Below, piece by piece: positions 54,279 to 63,502 of a stretch of DNA of 64,000 bases. The position numbers and the translations under genes were made by a program. The stretch lies in IMG/VR virus record IMGVR_UViG_3300021185_003947; one strand, written 5' to 3'. Below the pieces are notes generated by a model. That model was not told the origin of the DNA, searched no databases, and saw only the letters and a program-made list of their open reading frames with translations. The stretch is from a virus (lineage: Duplodnaviria > Caudoviricetes). Every line of letters starts with the position of its first letter. Position 1 is the stretch's first letter.

Positions 54279-54815
54279 TTATTCTTTTTCTTTTTCCGGC
54301 TTTTGGAACATCAACGCATGGGCATGTTCTTTTGCGTTGATATCCATATCATAAGAATAAGATGATTTTGTTACTTTATATTTGTGACCCTTTTGGCTTT
54401 TAAGCGGTAGTTGGATAATTTTTACAAACGGCGATGGGTGAGGATGCGTGCGATCCAAATGAATTTTTCCACCTTTATAATGAATTTTAATCGAACCTCT
54501 GTTATAATGTGGTTTTTTTGTGGTTCCAACATTTCTATCATCGGCGTGATGAATATAAGATACATAGCCTGAATGAGTGGCCTTTAAATTTTCAGGCTTG
54601 GGCCATTTACTGCTTGAACGAACTATTGCATTAGCAAGATGCCTATGATCATCCTTTTCATTCTTCGCATCGGGGATATGTGGCGATGAATACCGGTACC
54701 GATTTCCCTCGGCCCACTTATCAGCTTCTTGCTCATCTTTTTTGCCTTCTCTTATATCTTGCAAAAGCGACGCATAAGTTTCTATAATTTTTTCATTATC
54801 GTCGTTTGCAAACAT
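54279..54815 (-). CDS. MFAND-leader protein 1 (probable internal head protein)
   Basis: Leader MFANDDNEKIIETYASLLQDIREGK. Confidence 0.7.
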   Translation of the reverse strand: MFANDDNEKIIETYASLLQDIREGKKDEQEADKWAEGNRYRYSSPHIPDAKNEKDDHRHLANAIVRSSSKWPKPENLKATHSGYVSYIHHADDRNVGTTKKPHYNRGSIKIHYKGGKIHLDRTHPHPSPFVKIIQLPLKSQKGHKYKVTKSSYSYDMDINAKEHAHALMFQKPEKEKE

Positions 54816-57139
54816 TAGATTTCTCCTCTAATGTATTTAGCATACTTATCCATATAGCTTTCTGTTTTTACGGCTGGACCACCATATGGTGTGGGATCCG
54901 GCATAATTTTTTGATCACCTTTTGATGTAGGAGTATTAGGTGTTTTGGCCGCCGCCTTTGGAGCATTTTTAATAGCTTCAGCTGTCTTTTTAGCCGCAAC
55001 GTTACCATCAAACTCTGGTAGAACATCCGGATGAATAGTATGCATATCAACAAATTCTTTTTCAGTCATTGTATTAGGACCAGCCTTATCAGTCCAACGA
55101 TTTGCTGCCTGTTCATCGTTAGCTTGAGCTGCAGTTACCGGTGTTGAGTGATGAATTGCAGTTGGCTTAGCGGCTTCTTGAACAGACTTTGCTTTCTTTC
55201 TGTTCTCGCTGTTGCGGATCTTCTGGATCTCAGCACGGGCTGCTTTTTTGGAATTCTTATCGTCTCCATCATATGGATATTTCATACCGCGCTTTTCATA
55301 TTCGGAGGCGAAGCGAGACCTCTGTAGACTTTTCCTATCTGTTGGAATAAATACTTTTTTTCCAGCGACTTCTTGCACAGATTCACCGGCATAATGAGAT
55401 GCATTATTTGCACTATTAGATAGTTTTCCTGCATCCCTTAGTTTTTTTTCTTTCTTTGGGTCCATAGTTTTTACACGCATTGGCTCAGCTGGTCCACTTC
55501 CTTGCCAGTTTCCACTGGTCATACGATCCATTGGGTTATTAATTTTGTCCGCAGATTCATCAACTTCAACTGCTTCATTACCGGGAAATTTTACAACATT
55601 AGTACCGGGAATAGGTTTTTTTAGATCTTTTATCATTGCGGCGATATTTTTATCAGGTTTTTTTCCAGAATTATGATCATCAATTCTTTTCTGAGCATTT
55701 TTATATTTGCCTTTAGGACCAAGTTTTAATTGTCTGTTAATGGCTGCGTGACCTCTATCCATATAACTTACATAGTATGACCCGGACCCGTCATTCCACG
55801 GTACGCGATCTTCTTGTATATCAACCCGAATATCTTCAACCATATTACTAACACGATCCATAACAGATTCTTTTTGTGGACTATTAGCATGGCCTTGTGT
55901 CCGTAAATGTTCAAGATCATCTGTTGTAATTTTATGCCTTGGCGGAGTTTGTTTTGCTATTTTCTTTTGGCCAGGTGAAAGTTTAATATTAGCATCAACC
56001 CTCGCTTTTATGCGAGCTCGGTCTTTTGGTGATACCATACTACCATAGCCTTCATCAACCTCAACAGATTCCCAAGGAGCTTTAGCTACAGACACTTTAT
56101 CTTTTGATTTAGCCATTCTTGCAGCTTTATCGAAATCACGTTGATTTTGTTTTGTACCAGGTCTAACAGGTGCAGTATCTGCTCCTTTTGCTGGAATTGA
56201 CCTTTGATTATTTGCCATATTTCTATCATTATCTCCAGCTTTTGGTTGTTTACGTGAAGCATTTACTGTACCACACGATGCTTCTGCAACCATTGCTTCA
56301 GCTTGATCTAATGTATAGCCCTGATCGATAAGTGCTAATACATCGTCTACATTTACTGATTCGTTATAAGATGCATGCAATTTACCATCTCCTTCTTTTT
56401 TTGATAGGCTTACTCGATCACCGCCATATAATTCGCTTGCAGCGCCTTGGCCTAAATGATCAATTGCTAAACTATGAATTTTTTCTCTAGGTTCAGTGTC
56501 CAGTTCATCAGCGTGATCTCTGGCTTGATCCCAGTTACCGGCTTTAACATGTTTTGCATGATCTGCGAAATCTTTATGATCCATATGATCTTTGCCGATT
56601 TCTTTACAATAATCCATAAGACCTTTATGGAAGGCGGCTTGACGTGCAGCACCTTCTTGTAAATCTGTTGATTCATCAATTTCTTCTGGTTTATCGTGAG
56701 TGTATCCCATCTTTTTCATACGCAAATGATCTTCTTCTTTTTCGGCCTTATAACCTTTACCAGTTTTCGGATCATACATCATATGTGGCTCAAACTTATC
56801 TTCTTTATCTTCACTAACCTTTGTACCTTCTTGATCATTTTTATCATCACCAGTATAAGCTTTAAACTTCTCCTGATCATCACCGTCATCTTTTTTATTA
56901 ATAGCTTTTTTCACAGCTTTTCTTTTGTTATGAAGATATTCATCAGAGCTATCTTCATCACCATCATTATCGATGTCTTTATCATCGCGATCTTCGTGAT
57001 CACCTTCTAATTCTTCAGGGTCTACTTTATCTAAAGTCTTAGCATGATTCTTCTTTGCTTCAGTATTTTTTTTCTCGACCATCTCAAGATATGCCAAGCC
57101 TATGCTATTTAAATCTTTCGTTTCCATTTTTGTCTCCAT
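54815..57139 (-). CDS. Large modular probable internal head (poly)protein
   Basis: 774 aa, charged, punctuated by xES/xEA sites; late promoter upstream. Confidence 0.7.
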   Translation of the reverse strand: METKMETKDLNSIGLAYLEMVEKKNTEAKKNHAKTLDKVDPEELEGDHEDRDDKDIDNDGDEDSSDEYLHNKRKAVKKAINKKDDGDDQEKFKAYTGDDKNDQEGTKVSEDKEDKFEPHMMYDPKTGKGYKAEKEEDHLRMKKMGYTHDKPEEIDESTDLQEGAARQAAFHKGLMDYCKEIGKDHMDHKDFADHAKHVKAGNWDQARDHADELDTEPREKIHSLAIDHLGQGAASELYGGDRVSLSKKEGDGKLHASYNESVNVDDVLALIDQGYTLDQAEAMVAEASCGTVNASRKQPKAGDNDRNMANNQRSIPAKGADTAPVRPGTKQNQRDFDKAARMAKSKDKVSVAKAPWESVEVDEGYGSMVSPKDRARIKARVDANIKLSPGQKKIAKQTPPRHKITTDDLEHLRTQGHANSPQKESVMDRVSNMVEDIRVDIQEDRVPWNDGSGSYYVSYMDRGHAAINRQLKLGPKGKYKNAQKRIDDHNSGKKPDKNIAAMIKDLKKPIPGTNVVKFPGNEAVEVDESADKINNPMDRMTSGNWQGSGPAEPMRVKTMDPKKEKKLRDAGKLSNSANNASHYAGESVQEVAGKKVFIPTDRKSLQRSRFASEYEKRGMKYPYDGDDKNSKKAARAEIQKIRNSENRKKAKSVQEAAKPTAIHHSTPVTAAQANDEQAANRWTDKAGPNTMTEKEFVDMHTIHPDVLPEFDGNVAAKKTAEAIKNAPKAAAKTPNTPTSKGDQKIMPDPTPYGGPAVKTESYMDKYAKYIRGEI

Positions 57140-57165
57140 TTATACAAGCTTGGATATTATAGTTC

Positions 57166-57173
57166 TATTTATA
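57166..57173 (-). promoter_or_regulatory. Late promoter
   Basis: TATAAATA, intergenic, 26 nt before ATG. Confidence 0.7.
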
Positions 57174-57190
57174 TAATTTTTTTATTGAAT

Positions 57191-57478
57191 TTACATCATT
57201 CCAAAATGAGCAATTGCAGATCCAATAGCCGCAACAATCATAGCCCAAAATAACTTATTAATCACGTGAACGGTATTCGCGTTTTCATTTACTTTTCTTT
57301 CAATACAATCAAGCTTCTCCGAAAATTTATTCATTCTATTCCAAGAGTCATCTCTATACTTATTATAAGCATCCATTTTTTCTTCGAATCTAGCTATATT
57401 TACTAGAGCGTCTGTTAGTTTATCGATTTTTTCTTCGATTCTATCCAACCGTTTTTCCGATCTATCGTCTGTGACCAT
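57191..57478 (-). CDS. XhlA/holin-like coiled-coil protein with C-terminal TM
   Basis: RLDRIEEKIDKL...LFWAMIVAAIGSAIAHF. Confidence 0.65.
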   Translation of the reverse strand: MVTDDRSEKRLDRIEEKIDKLTDALVNIARFEEKMDAYNKYRDDSWNRMNKFSEKLDCIERKVNENANTVHVINKLFWAMIVAAIGSAIAHFGMM

Positions 57479-57505
57479 ATGGGTATTCCAGTTCTATACT
57501 ACTAA

Positions 57506-57793
57506 TTAACATTTCCAACGTCTTAACGACATTGCTTTTCTCGTTGGCCTACCCTTTTCGTCTTTCATGGGGCCTTTCATACCGCTCATACGAGCACAAA
57601 ATGATTTTCGTCTTTTTGCATCTTTACTACCAGCTTTTACTTTACCAGTCACAGCGGTTTGTAAATTACCTCCACTTTTTCTATTAGCAGCATCAACTCC
57701 TTTTTGAGTCATACCAGCGCCTTTATCAGTTGCTCTAAAATGTCCTTTGGAATCTGCCCCACGTTCAGAAATATATTGTTTAAAAGTATCCAT
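57506..57793 (-). CDS. DUF6321-like basic protein
   Basis: RRKSFCARMSGMK...RWKC; MDTFKQYISE N-terminus. Confidence 0.75.
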   Translation of the reverse strand: MDTFKQYISERGADSKGHFRATDKGAGMTQKGVDAANRKSGGNLQTAVTGKVKAGSKDAKRRKSFCARMSGMKGPMKDEKGRPTRKAMSLRRWKC

Positions 57794-57795
57794 TG

Positions 57796-58236
57796 TTATC
57801 CTCCAAACTCATGGCCAGCAACTCTTCTCATTTGCTTATTAAATTGTGCCTGTGAAGGCTTTTCGTTATATAGTTTAATAGAAATTTCAGGTCTTTCCTT
57901 ACCTTTAATTCTCCAGTTATGGCCTTTTTCTTTATGTTCAGGATTAGTTGTTTTTACAACACGTCTTTTATAACCGGCTTCCCAAGTTTCAGATTTTTTT
58001 TCATTAACTGATTCTGTTTTTATTTCATTCTTCATATAGTCACGAGCTGTATCAATATAATCGGTGGCTTTTGTAATTTTTGATTGAACCCATTCAGGCA
58101 TATTATCGTTATCACTTAACATATCATGCAACTCTTGAGCAGCATCAATCATGGTCTTAAGTTGACCTTTAGACATGCCACCTTCATTGTTATATTCATT
58201 TTCTTTATTTTCTAATAGCTCTCTAAATGTTTTCAT
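57796..58236 (-). CDS. Probable internal head protein
   Basis: MKTFRELLE; EGGMSKGQL...PEWVQSKITKA.DYI. Confidence 0.7.
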   Translation of the reverse strand: MKTFRELLENKENEYNNEGGMSKGQLKTMIDAAQELHDMLSDNDNMPEWVQSKITKATDYIDTARDYMKNEIKTESVNEKKSETWEAGYKRRVVKTTNPEHKEKGHNWRIKGKERPEISIKLYNEKPSQAQFNKQMRRVAGHEFGG

Positions 58237-58952
58237 TTTATTTGCCTATTTGCTTTAATGTTTTCCATTACTTCTATATTATCTTTTGAAATAACATCGT
58301 ATATTATCCAGTTAATTGGATCAGGATCAAATCTATGTTCATCAACGTAAAGTTTAGAATTACCAGGATCTACTTTTAATAATGTCCATGTCGGCTCTTT
58401 AAAATGCGTAAATCCTCGAACTCTGGCTAAACGCTTTGGTTTTTCAGTAAGGAACGTTGCAACATATGCAACCTTTGAACCACTAATTACCCAATCTCCT
58501 GAAGAAGGTTTTAATCCATTTTTTAATATACTATCAACATTTGCGGTCTTTGTCCAGTGATAAAGTGCATCTGGTTTTCCAACTGCTACTCTATTAGCAA
58601 AATATATAACAAGAGCAGTTTTACCTTCTCGATAAGTATCTCCAACATTATAGCTAATTAAGCGAGGATGTTTAAAAGCACCCTTCTCAATATCAGCTAA
58701 TAATTTATCAACTGAAGGATGATTTTTTTCTGGAATTGCTTCCCGTTGAGTTTTTCTAGCTATAGGAATTTTAACATAACTATCAGTCGACTGCACCTTG
58801 CCACCATTTGGACCAAAATCTATTCCATAATTAGCCACACCAGTATCATCAGGAATATTATATTTTTTAAGGTAATTCATAACTTTTTGCTCAGGCTTAA
58901 CATTAAGTTTGCCGTGTTTTTCTTCAGTTATGAATTTTCTAAATGGTTTCAT
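58233..58952 (-). CDS. Probable internal head protein with C-terminal Tpt1/DarT-like ART domain
   Basis: Start set at MKPFRKFITEE; LYHWT..NVDSILKNGLKP...TFLT. Confidence 0.6.
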   Translation of the reverse strand: MKPFRKFITEEKHGKLNVKPEQKVMNYLKKYNIPDDTGVANYGIDFGPNGGKVQSTDSYVKIPIARKTQREAIPEKNHPSVDKLLADIEKGAFKHPRLISYNVGDTYREGKTALVIYFANRVAVGKPDALYHWTKTANVDSILKNGLKPSSGDWVISGSKVAYVATFLTEKPKRLARVRGFTHFKEPTWTLLKVDPGNSKLYVDEHRFDPDPINWIIYDVISKDNIEVMENIKANRQIK

Positions 58953-58956
58953 TTGT

Positions 58957-59376
58957 TTATCTTTTCTTAAACAAAGGCTTTGTTTTGACGGAACCCTTTT
59001 GTGCAGGTCTTGATAACCGACCGATGGCTTTTTTTGCTCTAGCGGCCTTATCCATATTGTCATGATAATAATCTGACTGCATTTGCCTAATCTCATCAGG
59101 TGTTTTTCCGCTGGTGTCTATTCCTGAATTATCGAAATTTGCAAGGTCTGATTTTCTAAATGCTGTGTCCAGCTTTTTTCTCATCAAGAATCCACCAAGG
59201 CCTTTAAATGGGCCTTCTGATAACTGATTTAAATCACTCTCAGTTAAATCAAATAAAATATCATCTAATTCTTCTGAAAGTGATTTCTCATTTGTAGATT
59301 CTTTACCTTCTCTTATGTCTTGCAAAAGAGCAGCATATGTTTTAATGTTTTTTTCATTGTTGTCGTTTGCAAACAT
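58957..59376 (-). CDS. MFAND-leader protein 2
   Basis: Leader MFANDNNEKNIKTYAALLQDIREGK. Confidence 0.7.
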   Translation of the reverse strand: MFANDNNEKNIKTYAALLQDIREGKESTNEKSLSEELDDILFDLTESDLNQLSEGPFKGLGGFLMRKKLDTAFRKSDLANFDNSGIDTSGKTPDEIRQMQSDYYHDNMDKAARAKKAIGRLSRPAQKGSVKTKPLFKKR

Positions 59377-59387
59377 TTTAATTTTCC

Positions 59388-59972
59388 TTATTTTTTAACT
59401 GCTGGAATTTTAGTTACCATTTTAGTCGTAATTGGATGATCATTTAAGACTTCATCACCATCTTGAACGGTCATGCTAGAGTAATGGTCAAAATCTTCAT
59501 GAGATTCACGATTTTTGGTTGGCGTGTAGCGCATGTGATGATGATTCGATACATGTGCAGCGCCACGGTGATCGTTCGCAATGCGGTCATGTTCATCTGC
59601 CGCATCGTGATTTCCAGCAATGGAGTGAAGAGTTGCATGCGCTTGATGTATGTCAGCCAGTTTATTATGATGGTGCTCTAATTGTGCTAATTCAGTACTA
59701 CTTTTACGAAGATGGCTTCCGTCCGGGCGGCTCGACCGATGATCCGGATCGTAACGGTCGAGTATAGTATGAATCACTTTGGAGTGTTGATGAGCCTGTG
59801 CGTGCACAGAATTCTTCGGCTTCCCGAAAACGCTTTCGGCCGCTCTGTCACTCTTCGACAGTACAACAGGTATTGAAGTAGCTTCATCGATACCTTCTTT
59901 ACCTTCTCTTATGTTTTGTAAAAGATTGGCATATGTTTTAATGTTTTTTTCATTGTTGTCGTTTGCAAACAT
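59388..59972 (-). CDS. MFAND-leader protein 3, His-rich
   Basis: Leader MFANDNNEKNIKTYANLLQNIREGK. Confidence 0.7.
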   Translation of the reverse strand: MFANDNNEKNIKTYANLLQNIREGKEGIDEATSIPVVLSKSDRAAESVFGKPKNSVHAQAHQHSKVIHTILDRYDPDHRSSRPDGSHLRKSSTELAQLEHHHNKLADIHQAHATLHSIAGNHDAADEHDRIANDHRGAAHVSNHHHMRYTPTKNRESHEDFDHYSSMTVQDGDEVLNDHPITTKMVTKIPAVKK

Positions 59973-59998
59973 TTTAATTTTCCTTATGTTTTATTGTT

Positions 59999-61801
59999 TT
60001 ATTTTTTGACTTTTGCGGCTAAATCTTTATCGGCTTTACCCCAAGTACCTGAAGACTTAGTAATAAACGAATTTACACGAGCCATGCCCCACTGTTCTGG
60101 AGTTGTACCTGGTCTATGACCAGTTTTCCAAGCAGCCATACCACGGTTATATACTTGCTTTAAAACACCAAGTGGCATTCCAGACTTTTCAGCTTTATTT
60201 TCTAAACCCTTTTTATTTTCATTTATATTGTATGATTCTTTTTGAGCACTACGAATAGCTTCAGGTGTAGGTGCACCTTTCTCACCTTTCTTTCTCATTC
60301 TCTCGCCGCGCTTCCTCTTAGCATGAATATTTGCCCACAATCCAGCTTCATTTGGGCCCATGCCCATTGCTGCAGCTTTCTTAGTATGAATAGATGGTTC
60401 GGTTTCTGCTGTATCATCTCCAGGAGCTGGCTTATAAGCAGAGTTATCATCATCTGCTTTTTTGCCATGCTTTTTAAAATGTGCTTTACGATCATCAGCA
60501 GTACTTTTTGAAAGACCAGCATAATATGCTTTAGATTCATTCGTATAATATTCTTTTAATTTGTTAATAACATCTGCGGTTGCTTCACCTACATCAATAG
60601 GATCATGTTTATGTCTATTTCTTACACTATTATAATAATCCATTGCTTCTTTTCGTTCAGGCGAGCCTTGAGGGTGCATCATAGCTTTTTGATATGCAGC
60701 TGTTACATCACCTGCAGTTACTTCATCTATTGATGATTGTAATACTTTAGCGTTCTTTTTACGAAATGTTGCTAAATCTTTTTCAGAGTCATGTCTAGCC
60801 TTTGAAGCTTTAGCTGCATCTTCTTCTCTATCACGTTGTGTTCGACCGCTTGCTTTATCCATTTCACCAGAAATTCTAGATCTTGTTACAGATGATTCTT
60901 TTTTAAATCTAGATGGAGGTGCCGGTACGTCAACAACATAAAATTTACCATCTTTATGTTTGTGAACATATGATTTATGCGAAGCTTTACCAGATCCAAC
61001 TAATTGATCATTATGAAGCGTGGCCCCGCGGCGATCATTAAACCCTTTACTAACAACTTTCATTTTGTCTATTTGAGCTTCATTCATTTCTTCTTCCTCT
61101 TTGCCTTGGGACCGCAGCCGTAATCTTTTTTTAACTTCTTGAGGTGTAACTCTTTTAATATCGCCAACTGCTTTTGATGGATTGCGAAGAAGGCCAACTA
61201 AATCTTTTCTTAATTCTTCTCTATTTGCAGAATTAACATACATCGTAGGTAACCCTTCAATCTTTACTTTAAAATACATATCCTCATTTAGACCAACCAT
61301 ACATGATTCACTAATTATTTCTACTGTTGACATATCATACTCCGTTGACGCTTTTTGTAAGTTAGCTTTTACTCTATCATGGTGATACTTTGCTGAATTA
61401 GCAGCAGTTTGATAAGCGGTGGCAGTTCTAGCTGCAGATCGTCTTATTAAAGCATCATTTCTTCGTACAGCAGATCGAGTAGCTACTCCAGCAATTTTTG
61501 TTTGTCTATTTTTCATAGCGTTTGCTCTACGTATAGCGCCACGGGCATTTTGTGCAGCTATTTTTACTCTATTTTCTCCATGTTTTTCATCTCGCTCAGT
61601 TTGCCGAGTAGCTTTAGCTTCTTTCTCTGCTGCCCGTCTTTTATTTAGCTCATTTTGTCTTTTTTCTCGAGTAGCAGCTTGTTGTTCTTTTTTTGCCTCT
61701 CGCTCTTTCTTTTTTCGTTCTCTTTCTGCAGCCTTTTCAGCCGGAGTCATAGGTGTAGCAGGTTGACCAAAACCAAGTATTTCTGATAAAGTTTTAGTCA
61801 T
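59999..61801 (-). CDS. Modular probable internal head protein with C-terminal DUF5824-like domain
   Basis: KAEKSGMPLGVLKQVYNRGMAAWKTGHRPG.TPEQWGMARVNSF; GLWANIHAKRKRG. Confidence 0.75.
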   Translation of the reverse strand: MTKTLSEILGFGQPATPMTPAEKAAERERKKKEREAKKEQQAATREKRQNELNKRRAAEKEAKATRQTERDEKHGENRVKIAAQNARGAIRRANAMKNRQTKIAGVATRSAVRRNDALIRRSAARTATAYQTAANSAKYHHDRVKANLQKASTEYDMSTVEIISESCMVGLNEDMYFKVKIEGLPTMYVNSANREELRKDLVGLLRNPSKAVGDIKRVTPQEVKKRLRLRSQGKEEEEMNEAQIDKMKVVSKGFNDRRGATLHNDQLVGSGKASHKSYVHKHKDGKFYVVDVPAPPSRFKKESSVTRSRISGEMDKASGRTQRDREEDAAKASKARHDSEKDLATFRKKNAKVLQSSIDEVTAGDVTAAYQKAMMHPQGSPERKEAMDYYNSVRNRHKHDPIDVGEATADVINKLKEYYTNESKAYYAGLSKSTADDRKAHFKKHGKKADDDNSAYKPAPGDDTAETEPSIHTKKAAAMGMGPNEAGLWANIHAKRKRGERMRKKGEKGAPTPEAIRSAQKESYNINENKKGLENKAEKSGMPLGVLKQVYNRGMAAWKTGHRPGTTPEQWGMARVNSFITKSSGTWGKADKDLAAKVKK

Positions 61802-63495
61802 TTTTTTGGACCCTTTAACAATACTTTAGCTGACTTTCTAGCACCTTTTATTTTAGTGATTAAATCATCTGGTTTTGGCTTATATGTTGTATCAGATACT
61901 TTAGCATTACTATGATCTGCCTTACTCATTCCTGGTCCAAAATTATCTTGACTTGGTAACAAACCACGTTTTACTGCACCCTCACCCATACCACCGGCGT
62001 CTGATACACCACTACCTGGATGTTTTCTTGTTTTAGTTTTAGACTTTGGAGTTGATTTAACGTCTGGCATAACTTGACCCGGAGTACTATCTACCCATTT
62101 TTTAGTAGTTTCTTTAGTTCCCCATCCGGTCTTATTATAAGCATCTAGTTCAGCATCTTCGCCTATTGTCTTCATGTCACGAGGAATTGGTTCAGCAAAT
62201 ACTGGTCTATTTCTCTTACGTTTTGCTTTAATTTTATCCACGGTCTTACCAATTTTTTTCTGTATTGCTCGAGAAGCTGCATTCGAAGCAACAGTTAATC
62301 CAGCCATTCCAGTTGCAATTCCAGCGCCTTGCATCATTTGCGCTGAAGTAACAACATCATGTGCTAACTGAGTAGGATCTTCGTTAACTGACTCAATAGA
62401 TTCAGTAACTTTTTTGCCTTTGGAATCATATTTACCCAGTTCCATGACCATCGCTTTCGCATGCCATTGTGGGCTATATGTCTCATGCCAATCCCAATCA
62501 CGTGAACGTTTATTCCATTCCATAACTTTCCATTCGCCTTTATGGCGCTCATTTTGATCGAGTTGTTTCTCAATTTGGAATCGACGGCCAGTAGAGAATG
62601 TAATTTCTTTTTCTCCATTAGGACCAGATTTTTTCCACTTTGGCCCAGCAACTTTTTTAACTGATTCGTCAAGTGATTCAACTGCTTCAATCCATTTTCT
62701 TACAATAGATCCGTCTTCCTTTTCAAGAATCAAATAATTAGGTCCACGAAATGTGACTTCTGCTAATTCATCGGTATCTTTAATGCGTAAACGTTCACCA
62801 AGATTATAAATCTCGCCTTGAATATATTTTTCTCGTAGATCGCCTACAGATTCTAATTGCACATGCTTATAGAATTCGGTTTCTTCTTTTAGACCCATAC
62901 CAGATCTTACGCCATTAAATAAGTCCTTTGAATCTTTATTACTAAAATTCTTTGGAAGGCCTTTTGTAAACTGATTAAAATCATTATCACTGGCAGCTGC
63001 TCTCATTTTAGATGCGGACATACCATCTACACCTTCTGAGTCAGGGTCTCTTTCACCAGCCGATATTACATCAATTGTTCTAAAGTTATAGAAACCATAC
63101 CGTTGTCCTGTTTTACCATTATACTTTGTTAATAAAGATTTGAACTCAGTGATTCTATCTGATCCAACTACCATTACTACATTTACAAATCCTTCATTAT
63201 AAATGGCATTAGCTGCATCAAATACTGTTTTAACATCTTTGTTTAACATAATATAACGAGCATGCTTAGGCATCATTTTCCTAGCATATTTAACTTTATC
63301 ATTATATAGTAATGGATTTTTCTTTTTATCATTTGTTTGAGAAAGATAAATTCGATATGGATTATTACCTGACTTAGAAGAAAGCACCTCTAGCAGTTTT
63401 TCATGACCAATAGTTGGAGGATTCATTCTACCAAATGTAAAATAAAGTGTCTTTGCCTCTTCAACAATATACTGCTTAAAAGAATTAATCATCAT
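61798..63495 (-). CDS. T4-like cytidylyltransferase-family protein with appended modules
   Basis: TFGRMNPPTIGHEKL, VVGSDR, SAGERDPD, MSASKMR. Confidence 0.88.
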   Translation of the reverse strand: MMINSFKQYIVEEAKTLYFTFGRMNPPTIGHEKLLEVLSSKSGNNPYRIYLSQTNDKKKNPLLYNDKVKYARKMMPKHARYIMLNKDVKTVFDAANAIYNEGFVNVVMVVGSDRITEFKSLLTKYNGKTGQRYGFYNFRTIDVISAGERDPDSEGVDGMSASKMRAAASDNDFNQFTKGLPKNFSNKDSKDLFNGVRSGMGLKEETEFYKHVQLESVGDLREKYIQGEIYNLGERLRIKDTDELAEVTFRGPNYLILEKEDGSIVRKWIEAVESLDESVKKVAGPKWKKSGPNGEKEITFSTGRRFQIEKQLDQNERHKGEWKVMEWNKRSRDWDWHETYSPQWHAKAMVMELGKYDSKGKKVTESIESVNEDPTQLAHDVVTSAQMMQGAGIATGMAGLTVASNAASRAIQKKIGKTVDKIKAKRKRNRPVFAEPIPRDMKTIGEDAELDAYNKTGWGTKETTKKWVDSTPGQVMPDVKSTPKSKTKTRKHPGSGVSDAGGMGEGAVKRGLLPSQDNFGPGMSKADHSNAKVSDTTYKPKPDDLITKIKGARKSAKVLLKGPKK

Positions 63496-63502
63496 TAATA
63501 AC

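Noticed and set aside
1328-62690. Numerous plus-strand and nested ORFs in the track (e.g. 13474, 22068, 34639, 44911, 61419)
   Set aside because: They shadow well-supported minus-strand genes and have no RBS or recognisable motifs.
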